A stretch of DNA of 63,854 bases, filler included, from Reticulomyxa filosa (lineage: Eukaryota > Protista > Foraminifera): the NCBI GenBank assembly GCA_000512085.1. It is 21 parts of 21 records of this genome, joined end to end, with 100 filler letters (N's around TTAATTAATTAA, not from the genome) between each part and the next. Parts side by side here need not be neighbours in the genome. Positions count along the whole stretch, not along the records: positions 1 to 2,875 come from ASPP01019309.1; positions 2,976 to 5,425 come from ASPP01017558.1; positions 5,526 to 8,074 come from ASPP01019586.1; positions 8,175 to 11,809 come from ASPP01000785.1; positions 11,910 to 16,386 come from ASPP01021402.1; 16 more parts are not named here. The stretch is one strand, 5' to 3'. The notes under the pieces are model-generated. The model saw nothing but the letters and a program-made list of their open reading frames with translations. It searched no databases and was not told where the DNA came from. The position numbers and the translations under genes were made by a program. The first letter of the stretch is position 1. Every line of letters begins with the position of its first letter. Shown here piece by piece: positions 1-12,810 of the stretch.

Positions 1-1769
1 TGTATATATCGTATTGTCATGCTTGCATTTTATCATATTGTCATATTGTCATAATTACATTTCTTTTTTTTTTTTTTTTTTTGTAGCAGTTTATTTCAAA
101 TTTTTTTGTGAGATTCTTTTTTGATTACAATTTAGTGAAGGGAATGAGTTTCAGTGATGGTCAAAAAAAGTTTGACATTGATTTTCTTGGAAACGTTTTC
201 TCAAGCTTTTTTAAAACTTTCAGGAGCATATTCATTTGTAAGGACATTAAATCCCTTTTTCCATTCCCTTCCAAAAATAATAGATGAATGATCAAAAGAG
301 CCGTACCCTGAGGTGCATTCGGAATTTTATTGCAATTTGTTTGCGACGTATACACTGTGTGCTGTACATAACGTTGGCAATATACACGATAGGGTATGAG
401 ACAAGCAATTATGAAAATTTTGTTAGAAAATTTCTCAAGCATTAATGTAGTAGAGATACTTAGGTTGATTATCTTTTTATTTTTTATCGCTTTTTCTGCA
501 TGAGATAATATAGTGCAAAGTGTGTACATGTATTTTTATAAAATCGGTCAATCATGGGCTTGATGATTACTACAAAGAACTGCAAACAAGTGGCCATTTC
601 AAAAAGTATTCGAAGATTTTTTTGAACATGCCCATAACGCTATTATTTTTTTAGTTAAGGGGGTTTTTTATTAGCAACTTTGGGGGCTTTTGTGCCTACA
701 CAGCAACAAAATTAAAATCACACAGCAAAAATTTTGCTTTGATTTTGATCCTATCCTTTACTCATTTCGCTACTTTCATAATGTACAACTGATCACAAAA
801 AAAATAAACCCCGTAACATCAACTCCTGGAATGGAAAGTGTAAAGACAACGTTCAAGCCCCTTTAAGTTGTGGCAGTTAGTAGATTTCAACAATAAAATC
901 TTTTTTCCTGAAATGTTGAATACAACAAAAATTTCATACTTTTTACATAGATGGTTAATTTTTTACACAAAGAAACAACATTTAAATCTAATCTTTTAAA
1001 AAATATCTATGAACCGCAGTTTTAAAATATTGTTTTGTTTTTTATTACATCTTTCCTAATTGTTTGACAAATTGCGTATTTTATAATTTTAAAAATTTTT
1101 TTAAAATTTCAGTCGTGCCTGTATCGTAATCATGAAATTTGTCAACTTTTTTTTGTATTTTCAAAAAATATTCCGCAATAAATTTTATATAAATGTATTT
1201 AAAAGAATAGGAAATTTTATCTTCGAAACGAAAAATAAAATTTATTGACTAAATACATCAAAAATAAAAGAGTAAAATAAATGGTAATAAAGTAAATGTT
1301 GATGTTTTTTCCACAATTTGTTTTATTTTGTATTAATTGCTCGATTTGCAATTTTAAATAAGGCAATGTTTAAAAATAAATCAATCAAAAACTTGTCAAA
1401 AATTCATTTTGGTTATCATGAAAGGATTGAAATTTTTGAAACATAGAAAAATAGAATAAAAACTAAAATCAAAACCATATTTTAAAACTACATGATGTGT
1501 AGATATCTTTTAAAAATTTTGATAAATGTTTCTTCATAGAGAAAATCAATCATCTCTATGATGTACTGTTTTATATGTCAATCTATTGTATCATTTAAAA
1601 ATTTCAAAATAAAATTGTCTTTTCACGAACAAAATTGCAAATGTTATAAAAATTTGTTTCAGTGAGTTTTTTTTTTGTAGTAATTGATTCATACGTTTTT
1701 GGTAAACAATGAAGCATATTTTTTTGTAAACAATGATAATTAAAACAAAAAAATATGTGATAAGCTTGT

Positions 1770-2673
1770 TTATCTCCAAATATGAATAGAACCTTTGGAT
1801 GAACCATAATACAAGTTGGAATCACAATGATCATTATTTATATTTTGATTGTCTTTTTCTTTGTTTTTCAATGGTAAAAATCGAAGACATACAATTCCGT
1901 CATCTTGTTCATCCTTTCCTTTGATTACATGCAATTCTTTATTTAACCGAAAATCCCAAAGACGAATCGTATTATCATAAGACCCCGAGCAAATAATACT
2001 TGTGTAGCTGTTTATAAATGGTAAACATTCAACACAAGTCACATCTTGAGTATGGCCTTTGAATACATGACTTTGTTGATTGGATCGAATATCCCACAAG
2101 CGAACACTTTTATCTTGTGATCCAAAGATAATTGTATTTGAACCACCAATAGTTCCTAATTCATATGGTAAATATTTTGCACACCACACATAACATTCAT
2201 GTCCTTTCAAGATGCTCAATTCTTTTGCTGTCTCAATATCCCATATACGGATCGTGCTATCATACGAGCCAGAACAAATTGTATATCCACTACCAACATG
2301 ATTGCTATCATTGCTACTTTGCAAAGGTGAAAATGCTACGCACCAAACCCAATTGGTATGACCTTTGAAAACATGTAATATTTTTGATGTTTCGACATCC
2401 CATAAACAAAGGTTGATTCCATCCGATCCAGAACATAAATATCGACCACCATGAAACGGTGAAAATTCAATGCCAAAAACACAATCAGTATGTCCTTTTA
2501 TCCTTTGCAGCAGTTTGCATTTTTTTGATGTCCCAAAAACGAATAGCATTATCATAAGATGAAGAACAAATGACACTACGACGATGATTATGATAATGAT
2601 ACGGTGAAAATTTTTGCACAATATACTTCCTTTGAATGTTTGAAAAATCGAATTTGATTGGCAGTCTCAATAT

Positions 2674-2708
<35 letters not shown>

Positions 2709-2875
2709 ACTGTTTTATCACTTGATCCAGAGCACAGTAATCGATTGTTATCAAATGTCGAATAATCAATACTCCACACATAAGCAGTATGTCCCACTAA
2801 GTGTTTTGATTAATTTCGATGAGGGACAAGATATATCAGAATTGAAGGGGAGAATTGGTGAATCCTGTTTTTTTT
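1770..2875 (-). CDS. WD40-repeat protein, 5'-truncated, with two frameshifts (sequencing error or pseudogene)
   Basis: Repeated GH...WD units (GHTDCV..LWD, GHTNWV..IWD, GHECYV..LWD, GHTQDV..LWD) split over ORFs 2588-2797, 2485-2781 and 1770-2621. The frame breaks fall in A-runs. Confidence 0.92.
2676..2706. repeat. (CA)n/(TG)n microsatellite inside the WD40 coding sequence
   Basis: 31-nt CA run; read on the minus strand as VRVCVCVCVCVWD in place of VRVWD. Confidence 0.95.
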
Positions 2876-2975
2876 NNNNNNNNNNNNNNNNNNNNNNNNN
2901 NNNNNNNNNNNNNNNNNNNTTAATTAATTAANNNNNNNNNNNNNNNNNNNNNNNNNNNNNNNNNNNNNNNNNNNN
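2876..2975. other. Artificial contig-joining spacer (44 N + TTAATTAATTAA + 44 N); first of 20
   Basis: Identical 100-bp spacers start at 2876, 5426, 8075, 11810, 16387, 21209, 25612, 27546, 29844, 31220, 32931, 34329, 36175, 43060, 45817, 49963, 53257, 54483, 56200 and 62732. TTAATTAATTAA is a six-frame stop linker. Confidence 0.99.
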
Positions 2976-3028
2976 TTTTTTTTTTTTTGCACCGCATGCA
3001 ATATTTTTTTGATTAAAAAAAAAAAAAG

Positions 3029-4129
3029 GTGGGCAAAGAAGCGAGCGTCGTAAATGGATAAATCAATTTGCAAATGTCACCGCGGTTGTATTTGTGGTAT
3101 GTCAAATATCCGTTATGTTTTGTATGTGAGTGTTGTTTTTTTTTTGTTTTTTTTTTTTTTGCTGAAGTTCACTTGCGACCTACTCTTTAGGCAGCGTTAA
3201 ACCATTACTGTGCGGTATTGTTTGAAGACGGTCAGTTGAAAAAACGTGGAAAATGAGGCTTATTTGCTTATTTATTTGATTTTGCTTACCATACTAAAAA
3301 TAAAATAAAAATAAAAAACAGTTATGTACATCTCTTTTTGTATACTCTTTTGAACAGAGCAAGTCAATGCGATGCACGAATCTCTGGCACTGTTTGAAGA
3401 AGTATGCAACTCCAAATACTTTCGAACAACCGAAATCATTTTATTTTTAAACGGAGGTTTGATGATTTTTTTTTTTTTTTTTAAATCCTTGCTTCTCCCC
3501 CTTGAGGAGGGGAGGAGGAGTGTAAGCACAAACCACATCCTCAAATCAACCCCCCCCTTTTTTTTCCATCTTGGATTATTCCTTAGCTATTTGTGAAACA
3601 TCAGCTCTGTTGTGTTGTTGCTCTGTCCGCTTTTGCATTTGGGAAAGATGACTTGTTTCAATTACGCTTAAAAGAAGGCAAGCCCTTGACAATCTGTTTC
3701 AACCAAGATGATTGGGACTATAAACCAGAACGCTATTTTGGTATGTTTTTTTTTTTTTTTTTAAAGTGAAAAAAGAAATGACAAAATGGGTGCCCATATC
3801 TTTTTTTTTTTTTTTTTTTTAAAAAAGGTCCAAATTTTGCAGACCCACCAGAAATTCGCCCAGAATTTTTTATAAAGTCAGACGAATCTGGTACCACCTT
3901 TCTTCGGGTGGAATTGAAACTTGGAGACGACGAAAAATGGTTCGAATACGTATATCAGGAAAATCTGAAGTTTATTCACAAACAATACATTCAACGAAAC
4001 AAAGACCCTCGCAAATCTGTATTTGCACACATTATTAATGCGACTGATATCAACAGCGTAAAAAATGTACTACACGATGTCCAAGAAATTGTCATCCGAT
4101 CCACGATCAAGAGATTAGGTTTTGTGTAA
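3029..4129 (+). CDS. Heterotrimeric G protein alpha subunit, 3' part, five exons visible
   Basis: [50 protein letters not shown], and C-terminal IKRLGFV; joined by GT-AG introns. Confidence 0.95.
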
Positions 4130-4801
4130 GTCATATTGATTCAAATAAAATGTGATCTTTTTTTTTTTTTTTTTTTTCTTTGAACTTTTTTTCTTCCATT
4201 CCTTCTCCAGTTCTTGTTTCATACATGGTGCTTCTTTCTCGTATAAAACACCTGGAAATAAGATTGACTTTAAATCTCACAAACAAACAAAAAAATAATA
4301 TTATTATCATTAACATTAACATTAAAAAAAAATTTTAAAATTTAAAAAAAAGTTGTATATTATCTTGGCTACAAGTTGTTCTTGTGACCCCCTTTTTTTT
4401 TCCCCTTTTAACATTTCTTTGTGTGTTGTTTAGCCATTTTTTGATGTTGTGTTTTTTTCCCTCTCTTTCTCCTCGTTGTGTGGAGATTTTTTTTCGGTTA
4501 TTCCAAAATACTATGGAAAAACGAAACACTACGTTTCATTTGGATTTCTCCCTCACACTTGATTGCGCAATTCCAAAAATGGAATATGGCTTGGGTCAAG
4601 AGTTTTGTCTGTTTTTCTTGTGATTTGTTTGTTCGTTTGGAATCAGTCCACAAGCAACTTCTGCTGAATTACTTTTCTATGATACTCTAAAGAACTGCGT
4701 AAAGAAAATAATAAATCGTAACAATTTCAAGAGATAAATATATAATTGCCTTTTTTGAAACCGTTAACTGTTTAAAGGACGCAGCTTATTTTTTTTTAAA
4801 A

Positions 4802-5388
4802 ATGACATTCGCGTCATCGTGTAAAACCAATGAGTTTACTTACAGAATGCCAGTTGCCACACTTGTGGGCTTCGAGTCACTCTTGTTGCCATTGCATCTA
4901 TCAATTTCTGCGTTTGGTTTGTACTCGATAACAACGAAAACAGAAGCAAATTGGAAATTGAAATACACATTTGTGGCCTACATGATAATTTCATCCATTT
5001 ACACGATAACGAATTTTACCTATTTTGTGGTGGGCTGGGGTCTGAATCTGCCAGAAATAGCGCTTTACTGTCAGTTAATAGTGGTAATAAACCAAATGTG
5101 TGGGACTTTCTTTTTTGCCGCCTTTGCATTGTTTTGGTTGCAGCGATTAGTGGTAACATTCGAGCAAACGTCGTATGCGATAAAACCTTGGTATGAGTAT
5201 ATTTTCGTTTCAATAACTGTGGTCGCTACTCTACTTGCAAACACAGTTATAATACTGATGGGAATCGATGCAAAATGTGCCTATCCATTGGAGACGACAG
5301 ATATTAATCCCTTCAATCACAAACTGTACAGCTGCGGGGGTTGGTCTACTAAGTTCGAGTACGTCTTAGGGGGGATTAGGTACAGTTT

Positions 5389-5390
<2 letters not shown>
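4802..5390 (+). CDS. Multi-pass membrane protein, GPCR-like (7TM), 3'-truncated
   Basis: Four hydrophobic helices, a Cys at the start of TM3, RLVVTFEQT after TM3, and a Cys-containing loop; runs into an intron and the contig end. Confidence 0.6.
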
Positions 5391-5425
<35 letters not shown>

Positions 5426-5639
5426 NNNNNNNNNNNNNNNNNNNNNNNNNNNNNNNNNNNNNNNNNNNNTTAATTAATTAANNNNNNNNNNNNNNNNNNN
5501 NNNNNNNNNNNNNNNNNNNNNNNNNACACATAATTATATCATATTTTTTTATTTATCTTTTTTAAAAAATCAACAAAAACATAGTATGCACACATATTTG
5601 TTTACATATATACTTCTTCTAAAATTGATCACGTATATC

Positions 5640-6890
5640 ACACACAAAAAAAGAACAATCTAAACTTGGAAGTTGACGGTATTTGTGTTGGTGGATTGGC
5701 ACTTCACGAGATTGGGGAGTCTCAACACTATGAGATATTGTTGTGGAGACATTTAGTGTATCCCCGTATTCCAATTGTCAGATGAGATGGAGATCTCGTG
5801 CATTTCTCAAATATTTATTTGGAAAATTGCACTAATAATATTTTCATTGAGTCTGGGTTGCAAGTTACCCACATCACGAATAATTTGTTCTGACACGCGT
5901 TCCCTTGCCATTCTTGTCAGTCGCATCCTCCACCAATTGCTCAACGCTTTGCGCAATATCTTCAACAAGCGGAGCATATTCCATTTGTTCAAACCGGCCT
6001 GAGTCTATTGTATATTTTAGATACCAAAATCATCATTTTTTTAAATAATAAGTATAAGAGAAATTTCTTTTTTTACAAACTGGATATTTGATTCGCCGAC
6101 ACCGCGAAAGGTGATGTTATTTTCGATGATATGGCAACAACCAGCGTACCAAATTCTTTTTTGATGTCGACTCTTGCGTGCAATATCCATGCATTTTTAT
6201 CAACTTGTCGACTTCGCACAATGCCCCGCCGTTGTACTGTTTTGTATATTTTAAGATAATTGTTTTTGTGTTAATTATTTTTTCTATGAAAAGATTAATT
6301 GTAGTGATAAAATGGAAAAAATAGATTGTAATGAGAACGTGAAAAATAGATTGTCATTGAGAAAATGAAAAAATAAATATTTCTTTAATTACTCGCGCAA
6401 ATCCAATGATAAATAAATCAAAGTTAATCATGCTGTCTTTTTTTGTGTCAAATATATCCAACAATCGCCCTCCATTAATTTCACGCAAATTGGAATAGTC
6501 TAAAACTATTTCATTTGTCGTGATATTACTTGGAGCTCTGTAAACAGTTATTCAGTCATCAACATACATACACATTGCAAACACACAACTTGTACAAAAA
6601 AAAAGTAGTATATTCCCATTTCAAAAGAAAATATGTATGCATAATAATATTAAATAGACATCGATTGCAAAATATTTCTCGCTTACCTCTTGATTGGACA
6701 TTGGAGCATTCGTTCTTTTTCGTTTGAACTCTGTTCTTTGTTTGCATTGCCCTCCGAGCTCGCTTGTATTTGTATGTTGGTCGTTGCGTGGACATTTTCA
6801 CTCGTATTTTCATGTGCCTTGCACATTATCCCCTCTCTCCAATTGTATTTCAATTAATAACAACGAGGGACAAATCTGGAGCGCTTGAAG
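5640..6890 (-). pseudogene. Degenerate multi-exon gene with an EF-hand-like exon
   Basis: The exon at ~6392-6538 reads LLDIFDTKKDSMINFDLFIIGFAR, which is EF-hand-like. Downstream segments contain in-frame stops. Confidence 0.4.
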
Positions 6891-7152
6891 GTTTAAAGAT
6901 CAAAAAAGGTACTTTTTCCAACTTCAGTTTTGTTCAGTAAATATTTTATGTGATATTTTTTGTATTGATTGTTACGACAGTACTATCACAATTCTCTTTT
7001 AATATATAGAAATTACAAATATTTAGTGAGCAGTTTTCAAAAATAAAATTGTCATAACAGCAACGAGAATAAAAAGACAAAGGACCTTTTTTACATGTTG
7101 ACTCACAAGAAAAAAACGTACGTAAGGATTACCAAGATTTTGTTTTTTACAC

Positions 7153-7900
7153 ATGAAAACCGAAGTAGCAGTAGAATACTCATTAGAAGTTCCTATTCAG
7201 GCTGCAGATGACACGCAACTGCCTTCTCCCGCGGAGGGAGTTGTCTCTGGTGACGAGAGTTCGCCTAAAGTTTCAATTCCTGAACTAATACACGGACCAA
7301 CTGCAAAAGAAAATCCTGCCGGAAATGTTTCGTTTGTTTTCTTCTTTTTGCAATTAAAAGGAGTATCTAAATCAATAAACTGGTCCAAAAAAAAAACAAA
7401 AAACTTTGGACTTTATGTTGGATACGTTTGAAAAATATAGAAAAAGTTATCAGATGCCGGAGTTGTTCAATCGCAACAATCTGACCACCCAGTTAAAAAA
7501 ATATCTTTACAAAAAAAAATAAATAATGAGCAACATAATGTGTTTTCCTTATATTAATTAGAGGGTGTTTAAAAAAAAAAAAAAGAACCCAACAGCGACA
7601 GAAGTACGGATACATGTGGAAGTGATGACGCACGCAAACGAAGAGTACCCACTTGCAGACAACATTGAAGTGGAATTTGAACTAGAGAAAAAGGAAGGGT
7701 ACAATCGGAAGAGGAACACATTTGAATAGAACAAGAAGAATACAGCCAGTCGAATCATTTGATTAATCACAACAGCAATGACAATGATAATTATTATTAT
7801 TATTATTATGGCTATTATAATAGCAATAAAAATTAGAACAATTTTTACTCGAGCAATTTGAAATTACAAACTACTCGCTCGAATCAGGCATTTGAATTGG
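7153..7900 (+). CDS. Hypothetical low-complexity acidic protein, multi-exon, possibly degenerate
   Basis: ORF MKTEVAVEYSLEVPIQ... is followed by a GT donor and further short exons; no family recognised. Confidence 0.35.
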
Positions 7901-8361
7901 AGTACGTCCGAATGTACAACACAAGGTGCACATTAACTTAAATAAAAACGTAGCACCAGTATGAACATCAAACATGAGACGATCGATTCAAGTGTCGGGC
8001 TTCAACCAACATATTACCTGCAGCTGCTCGTGCAACTTCTACATGAAAATGTAGCGACTTCCTTATATTTTTAANNNNNNNNNNNNNNNNNNNNNNNNNN
8101 NNNNNNNNNNNNNNNNNNTTAATTAATTAANNNNNNNNNNNNNNNNNNNNNNNNNNNNNNNNNNNNNNNNNNNNGAAAAGTGAAAGAAAAGAAAACAAGT
8201 AAGAAGTTGTTGTTGAGGGAGTTCTAACCCAAAGGGAGCTCATCGGTTCCATAGGCATTCAGCCATGTATGATAAGGGCTTGCCCTACAGCAGTATCGTT
8301 CTTAACAAAGAAAAAAATAAATGATAATATTTATCATCAAAAAAAGCAAACAAACACAAAA

Positions 8362-9460
8362 TCAAGCCCATCCTTGCGCTAACAAGTTTTGATCCAATTG
8401 GATAGTTTGAGACTGAAGCATAGCGAAATATGGATTGGAGAAATGGGGCGACTCTTTGCTTAAGAGTAAAAGTTTTCTTTCAAACAAGTTTTGCAAGCAT
8501 TTGAAAAAAGCAATTTCCTTTAAAGACAAGTCGGGATGCCATAAATCAAAAATTGAACCCAACGCGAATGAGTGGTCGAATTATTCCAAGCCTCGTGTTC
8601 AAAGGAGTCATCAAAGACAATAAATTGGCCCAATTTAATTTGGGAAAAGTGGATTGCTTCAGAGCCAATCCTCAGTTGACAATGGTCGGAAGGAGGGATT
8701 AGCAATGGAACATGAACACGTAATTTTTGTTGGTCGGGCCACAGTGTGGAAGGATGTGTGTGTTGGACTGCACGCAAGAAAATAATATATGATCAAACAA
8801 ATACTCTTTGAAATGATTTGAAATAAGGTTAAAAGTAAACGGACATTTGCTTTGATTTTTTTTCAAATCAAAGGAATGTAATAGCAAATAAAATACATTC
8901 CATTGTCCTTTATCCGTTGCCTCAGTACTATACGTTTCACCTTTGGCATTTCGATAGCATTGAAACCCTTCCAATCCCGTTGCATTGTTCAGCAGAGACA
9001 ACAACTCCTTTTGAATCAACAACGCATTGGCCTCGGTTCCAAACGTTTTTAGTCTCTCTGCTAAATATGCGTGTCCATCAAAGTCACTCATTTTCCACAC
9101 TGGTCTTGCTCTCAAGTGCGGAACTAGGTCAGGACATTTCTTTTGATATTCGTTCACTGCTTCGATTCGTGCTTTTTTCTTCTCCTGCACTAAAAACCAA
9201 TCTCTCAAGTGTTTATACTCTTTGTCTTCCTTTTTTTCAAATGTGTTCACCTCTGACCATAGGTACTCCTCTTCCTCTTTGTTTGCTTCGAAATGGCTTA
9301 GGAACATATCAAATCGTGGATATTTTTCTTTCAGTGCACTTTGTGTCGCCATGTTGCCTTCCTTCAAATACGATAAACATCGTTTTCTTCCAAAAGAGCC
9401 AATACATTTTAGCCGGCTTGATGTCTTCACTTGAAGTCTCTGCAAGCCATACCTGGCCAT
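8362..9460 (-). CDS. Aspartyl/asparaginyl beta-hydroxylase domain protein (2OG-Fe(II) oxygenase), two frameshifts
   Basis: GQWNVFYL, HILPHCGPTN, LRVHVPL, FDDSFEHEAWN and DLWHPDL, spread over three ORFs. Confidence 0.92.
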
Positions 9461-10720
9461 TTCTTCCCTCTTTTTTGATGTTGGTGTTTTTTTTTTAAAC
9501 ACTACCCTTTGAAGTGCTTATAAAAAAAAGCGCAACTGTTTCTTTTGAGAAAAAACTGTGATTGACTATTTGCCTTTTGCTTGTCGAATGATATCAATTG
9601 CAATTTAATCTGTAACATCTTTTTTTGTTTTTCATCACTTTTGGGGGGTTTTTGTAGAATGCAATCACAAAAACAATCAGTGGAGGTTTTTTCTTTTTGT
9701 CAACCCCCTTCTTAATAATACTGTAATTGGGGCGGAATCAAAATTTCGCGTTGAATTTAAAAGTCAATTGAAAAAAAAAGCAAGAAAAACATTTTTTTAG
9801 GCTTTGGATTACTAATCATGACATTGCTTCCGACCCTTCTTTTGCTAGGAGTACTGTGTGCCCTTGTTAAAGGTGACAGCTCGTCGAGGTGAATGCAAAA
9901 TTAGTGGTGTTTTTTTTGATGTGTATGGCAAAGTGTCAATAAAATAAGTGCCGAAAGGAAGACAAAGCAAAAGCAAATGTGTGTTTGTGATCGAACGCTT
10001 CAAAAATATGCACAATTGATGACAATAATTCTCTTTTTCCGTCGTCGACAAACAATTCCCCATTTTCTTTCAAATTCACCTATGTGGAAAGAGGTCAACG
10101 AATACCTTCATTGATTAAACTTTTTGAACGAGACAAAACTGCTTTTTTGCTTATTTTGCTTTTTCCTTTGTGCCATTGTACTCATTTGTGCTTATTTTGG
10201 TTTCTTTTAAGTATATTAATCATTTTCAGCGAATACTTTTCAAATTTTAAATATTGTGAAAGCATATGCTTTTGGAAGGGTCTTAAAAACTATACAATTT
10301 AACAGTAGTTATGTCTTAATTAAACTTATTCTACTTAACATGATTACTGGTGTAATTAAATGCGTTCCTTAATATAATGTAATTTTTTTATGTTATGTGA
10401 ACAAATCACAGACAAATTAAAATAAAAACAATTTTCATAAATAAAATGCACTTTAATTAAAATTCTTTTGTTAATTTTTTTAAAAATAATATTTGAAATT
10501 TTTTAAATCATTTTTTTTTCAATAGAAATAAATGTCGAAAATTTTGAGATAATATTTTTTATAGAATATTTAAATTTTTTTACTGTGGAATTGAATTTTG
10601 ATGAAAATTGAATTATAGTTTTTATTTTTTAATCTATACAAAAATTAAGTCAACAAAATTATATTTTGCCCCAATTTAAAAAAAAAAATAAGACTTTAAT
10701 TATGTATTATCATATCCATT

Positions 10721-11790
10721 TTATACAAGTGTTCCATAACAACTTGTTCCATTACAATCAGGGAAAGGGAATGTATTTGGGACGATCGATACTTGAGTTG
10801 TAAATACAGCCTTCCCATATTCATTAAATAAATCAGGTATTGTTCCTGATTCATAGCTTTTATAATGTCTTGGTTTTGCAAGGCCTCCAAAAGGAAGAAG
10901 TATATCAGACTATTGTGTAAAAATCAAAACAAAATGAAAACTAATTTTTCAAAATTATTATAGTACATATACATATTACCTGGAACATTTCATATTGGAT
11001 TGCAATAAAAAATGCCATCCAATGATCTTTCGGAACTTCTGGTGGTTCAGCAACAAATACAATTTGCCTTCCATCATTTGATACCGCAGTTAATTCCGTT
11101 GCAAAAAATAAACTTTCTGCATTTCCGCAATATTCACCTGTATCGACCTTCACACCACATAAGCATGGATCATCCAAATTTATTACTCTAAAATCTCTTC
11201 TTGCAGGCAATCCAGTGCAACTTAATCCATGGAATCGTACTGCCTTTTTTACTCGTGTGGTGTTGCCGGTTAATGTTGCTGTTATGGATCCATTTCCTAA
11301 ATATCACAACATATTGATGTCACATGGTAGTCCATTTATATATTTATACATATATACACAAATATAAATGTAAATCAAACCAGAGTAATCGATTGTCCAC
11401 TCTATATCTGGGTATGCATAATCATTTAAATATGAGTTCACAAATGTTGCAACAGTTGGTACCAATTGTTCAATTCCTGTAGAAAGGGAATGTTCAGCAT
11501 CAGGAACCTTTATTTTTATTTTTTATTTTTTGTTGAAAAGATTGTCAATATTTTATTTTATTTTTTTTAAAAAAAAACATACCATTTCAAAAAATCTTGG
11601 CTCTGGAAATTGTGGCCACCAATAGTATTCATCATCAGGCATAAAAAATTCATCATTTGTTGCATCAATGACTAATTTTGGAATGCCTTCAAATCGATCA
11701 AAAAAGCTGTAAGGATCGCACGCAGCAAACATTTGTTGCATCCATTCCTCATCCAAATCTTTTGTGATATTTTCTGCGTAGTATGGTTCT
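10721..11790 (-). CDS. AprA / PqaA (PhoPQ-activated pathogenicity-related) family protein, 3' part, four exons
   Basis: DPYSFFDRFEGIPKLVIDATNDEFFMPDD, VPDAEHSL, HWMAFFI, and C-terminal TTQVSIVPNTFPFPDCNGTSCYGTLV*. Confidence 0.85.
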
Positions 11791-11909
11791 ATTCAATACA
11801 AAAAAAAAANNNNNNNNNNNNNNNNNNNNNNNNNNNNNNNNNNNNNNNNNNNNTTAATTAATTAANNNNNNNNNNNNNNNNNNNNNNNNNNNNNNNNNNN
11901 NNNNNNNNN

Positions 11910-12776
11910 TATTATTATTATTATTATTATTATTATTCATTATTATTATTATTATTATTCATTGTTATTATTATTTATTTATTATTACCATATTCAGAAC
12001 ATATAGTGGCATGTACTCAAAAGAAAAAAAAAAAAAAACTTGGAGGGGGAAAAGGAATGATAGGGGTAGGCCCAAACGGAGAATGCAAGGGCGATGTTTC
12101 GGGATACAAATCGTGAATGGAGAGATGCAGCAAAGGCGGTGCGGCCAGTTTGCTGCCAATGTGTAGGAGATCTTCCTCCTGGTTCGACGAGGAAGCCAAG
12201 GACGAAGAAGAAGAAGAAGAAGAAGAGGCAAGAGCATTCACAGAAGTAGTAAGAGCAGTGGAGGTGGAAACAATGGGAGGAGAGGTGGCTGTGGTGGTGT
12301 CATCGTGTCCATCCTCTTGTGTGGAAGCAAGAGAATCAATGGCCATTATGTCATTATCCAAGCGTCGTTTCTTGCGCGGTGTCATATACGGATGGTCGTC
12401 TTTTGTAAAGAAGTCGTTTGTCCCGGACACGGTATGTAACACCAGACCGGCCATTGGGTGATGTGGAGGCAATGCACCATATTTCAATAAGTTTGACAAA
12501 TACCCCAAGTCCGTTGAGTGTTCATTCACTTCGGGCGGTCGAAACTGCCCAACAAAAGGAAACGGTACACCGCCCATTGGTCCTATCATGCCTGCCGAAT
12601 TCATCCAATTGTTCACGCCATTGCGTTTTTCTTCCGTCCCTACGTCGCTGCCATTTTCTATTGCTTCCTCGTCACTTTCACTGTCCATTGTCCAGCCTTT
12701 TCGTTTCTGACGTGATTTGCTCTTTTTTTTATTTTTTATTTTTTATTTTTTTTTATGTATCGTTATGTATGTATGT

Positions 12777-12810
<34 letters not shown>

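Noticed and set aside
161-529. Minus-strand ORF that might be a transposase relic
   Set aside because: No motif I can assign with confidence.
5700-6240. Possible protein-kinase N-lobe remnant after the EF-hand-like exon
   Set aside because: The resemblance (VVAI, ENII) is too weak and the catalytic motifs are absent.
9845-10063. Short ORF starting MGNCLS (myristoylation-like)
   Set aside because: No recognisable continuation or domain.
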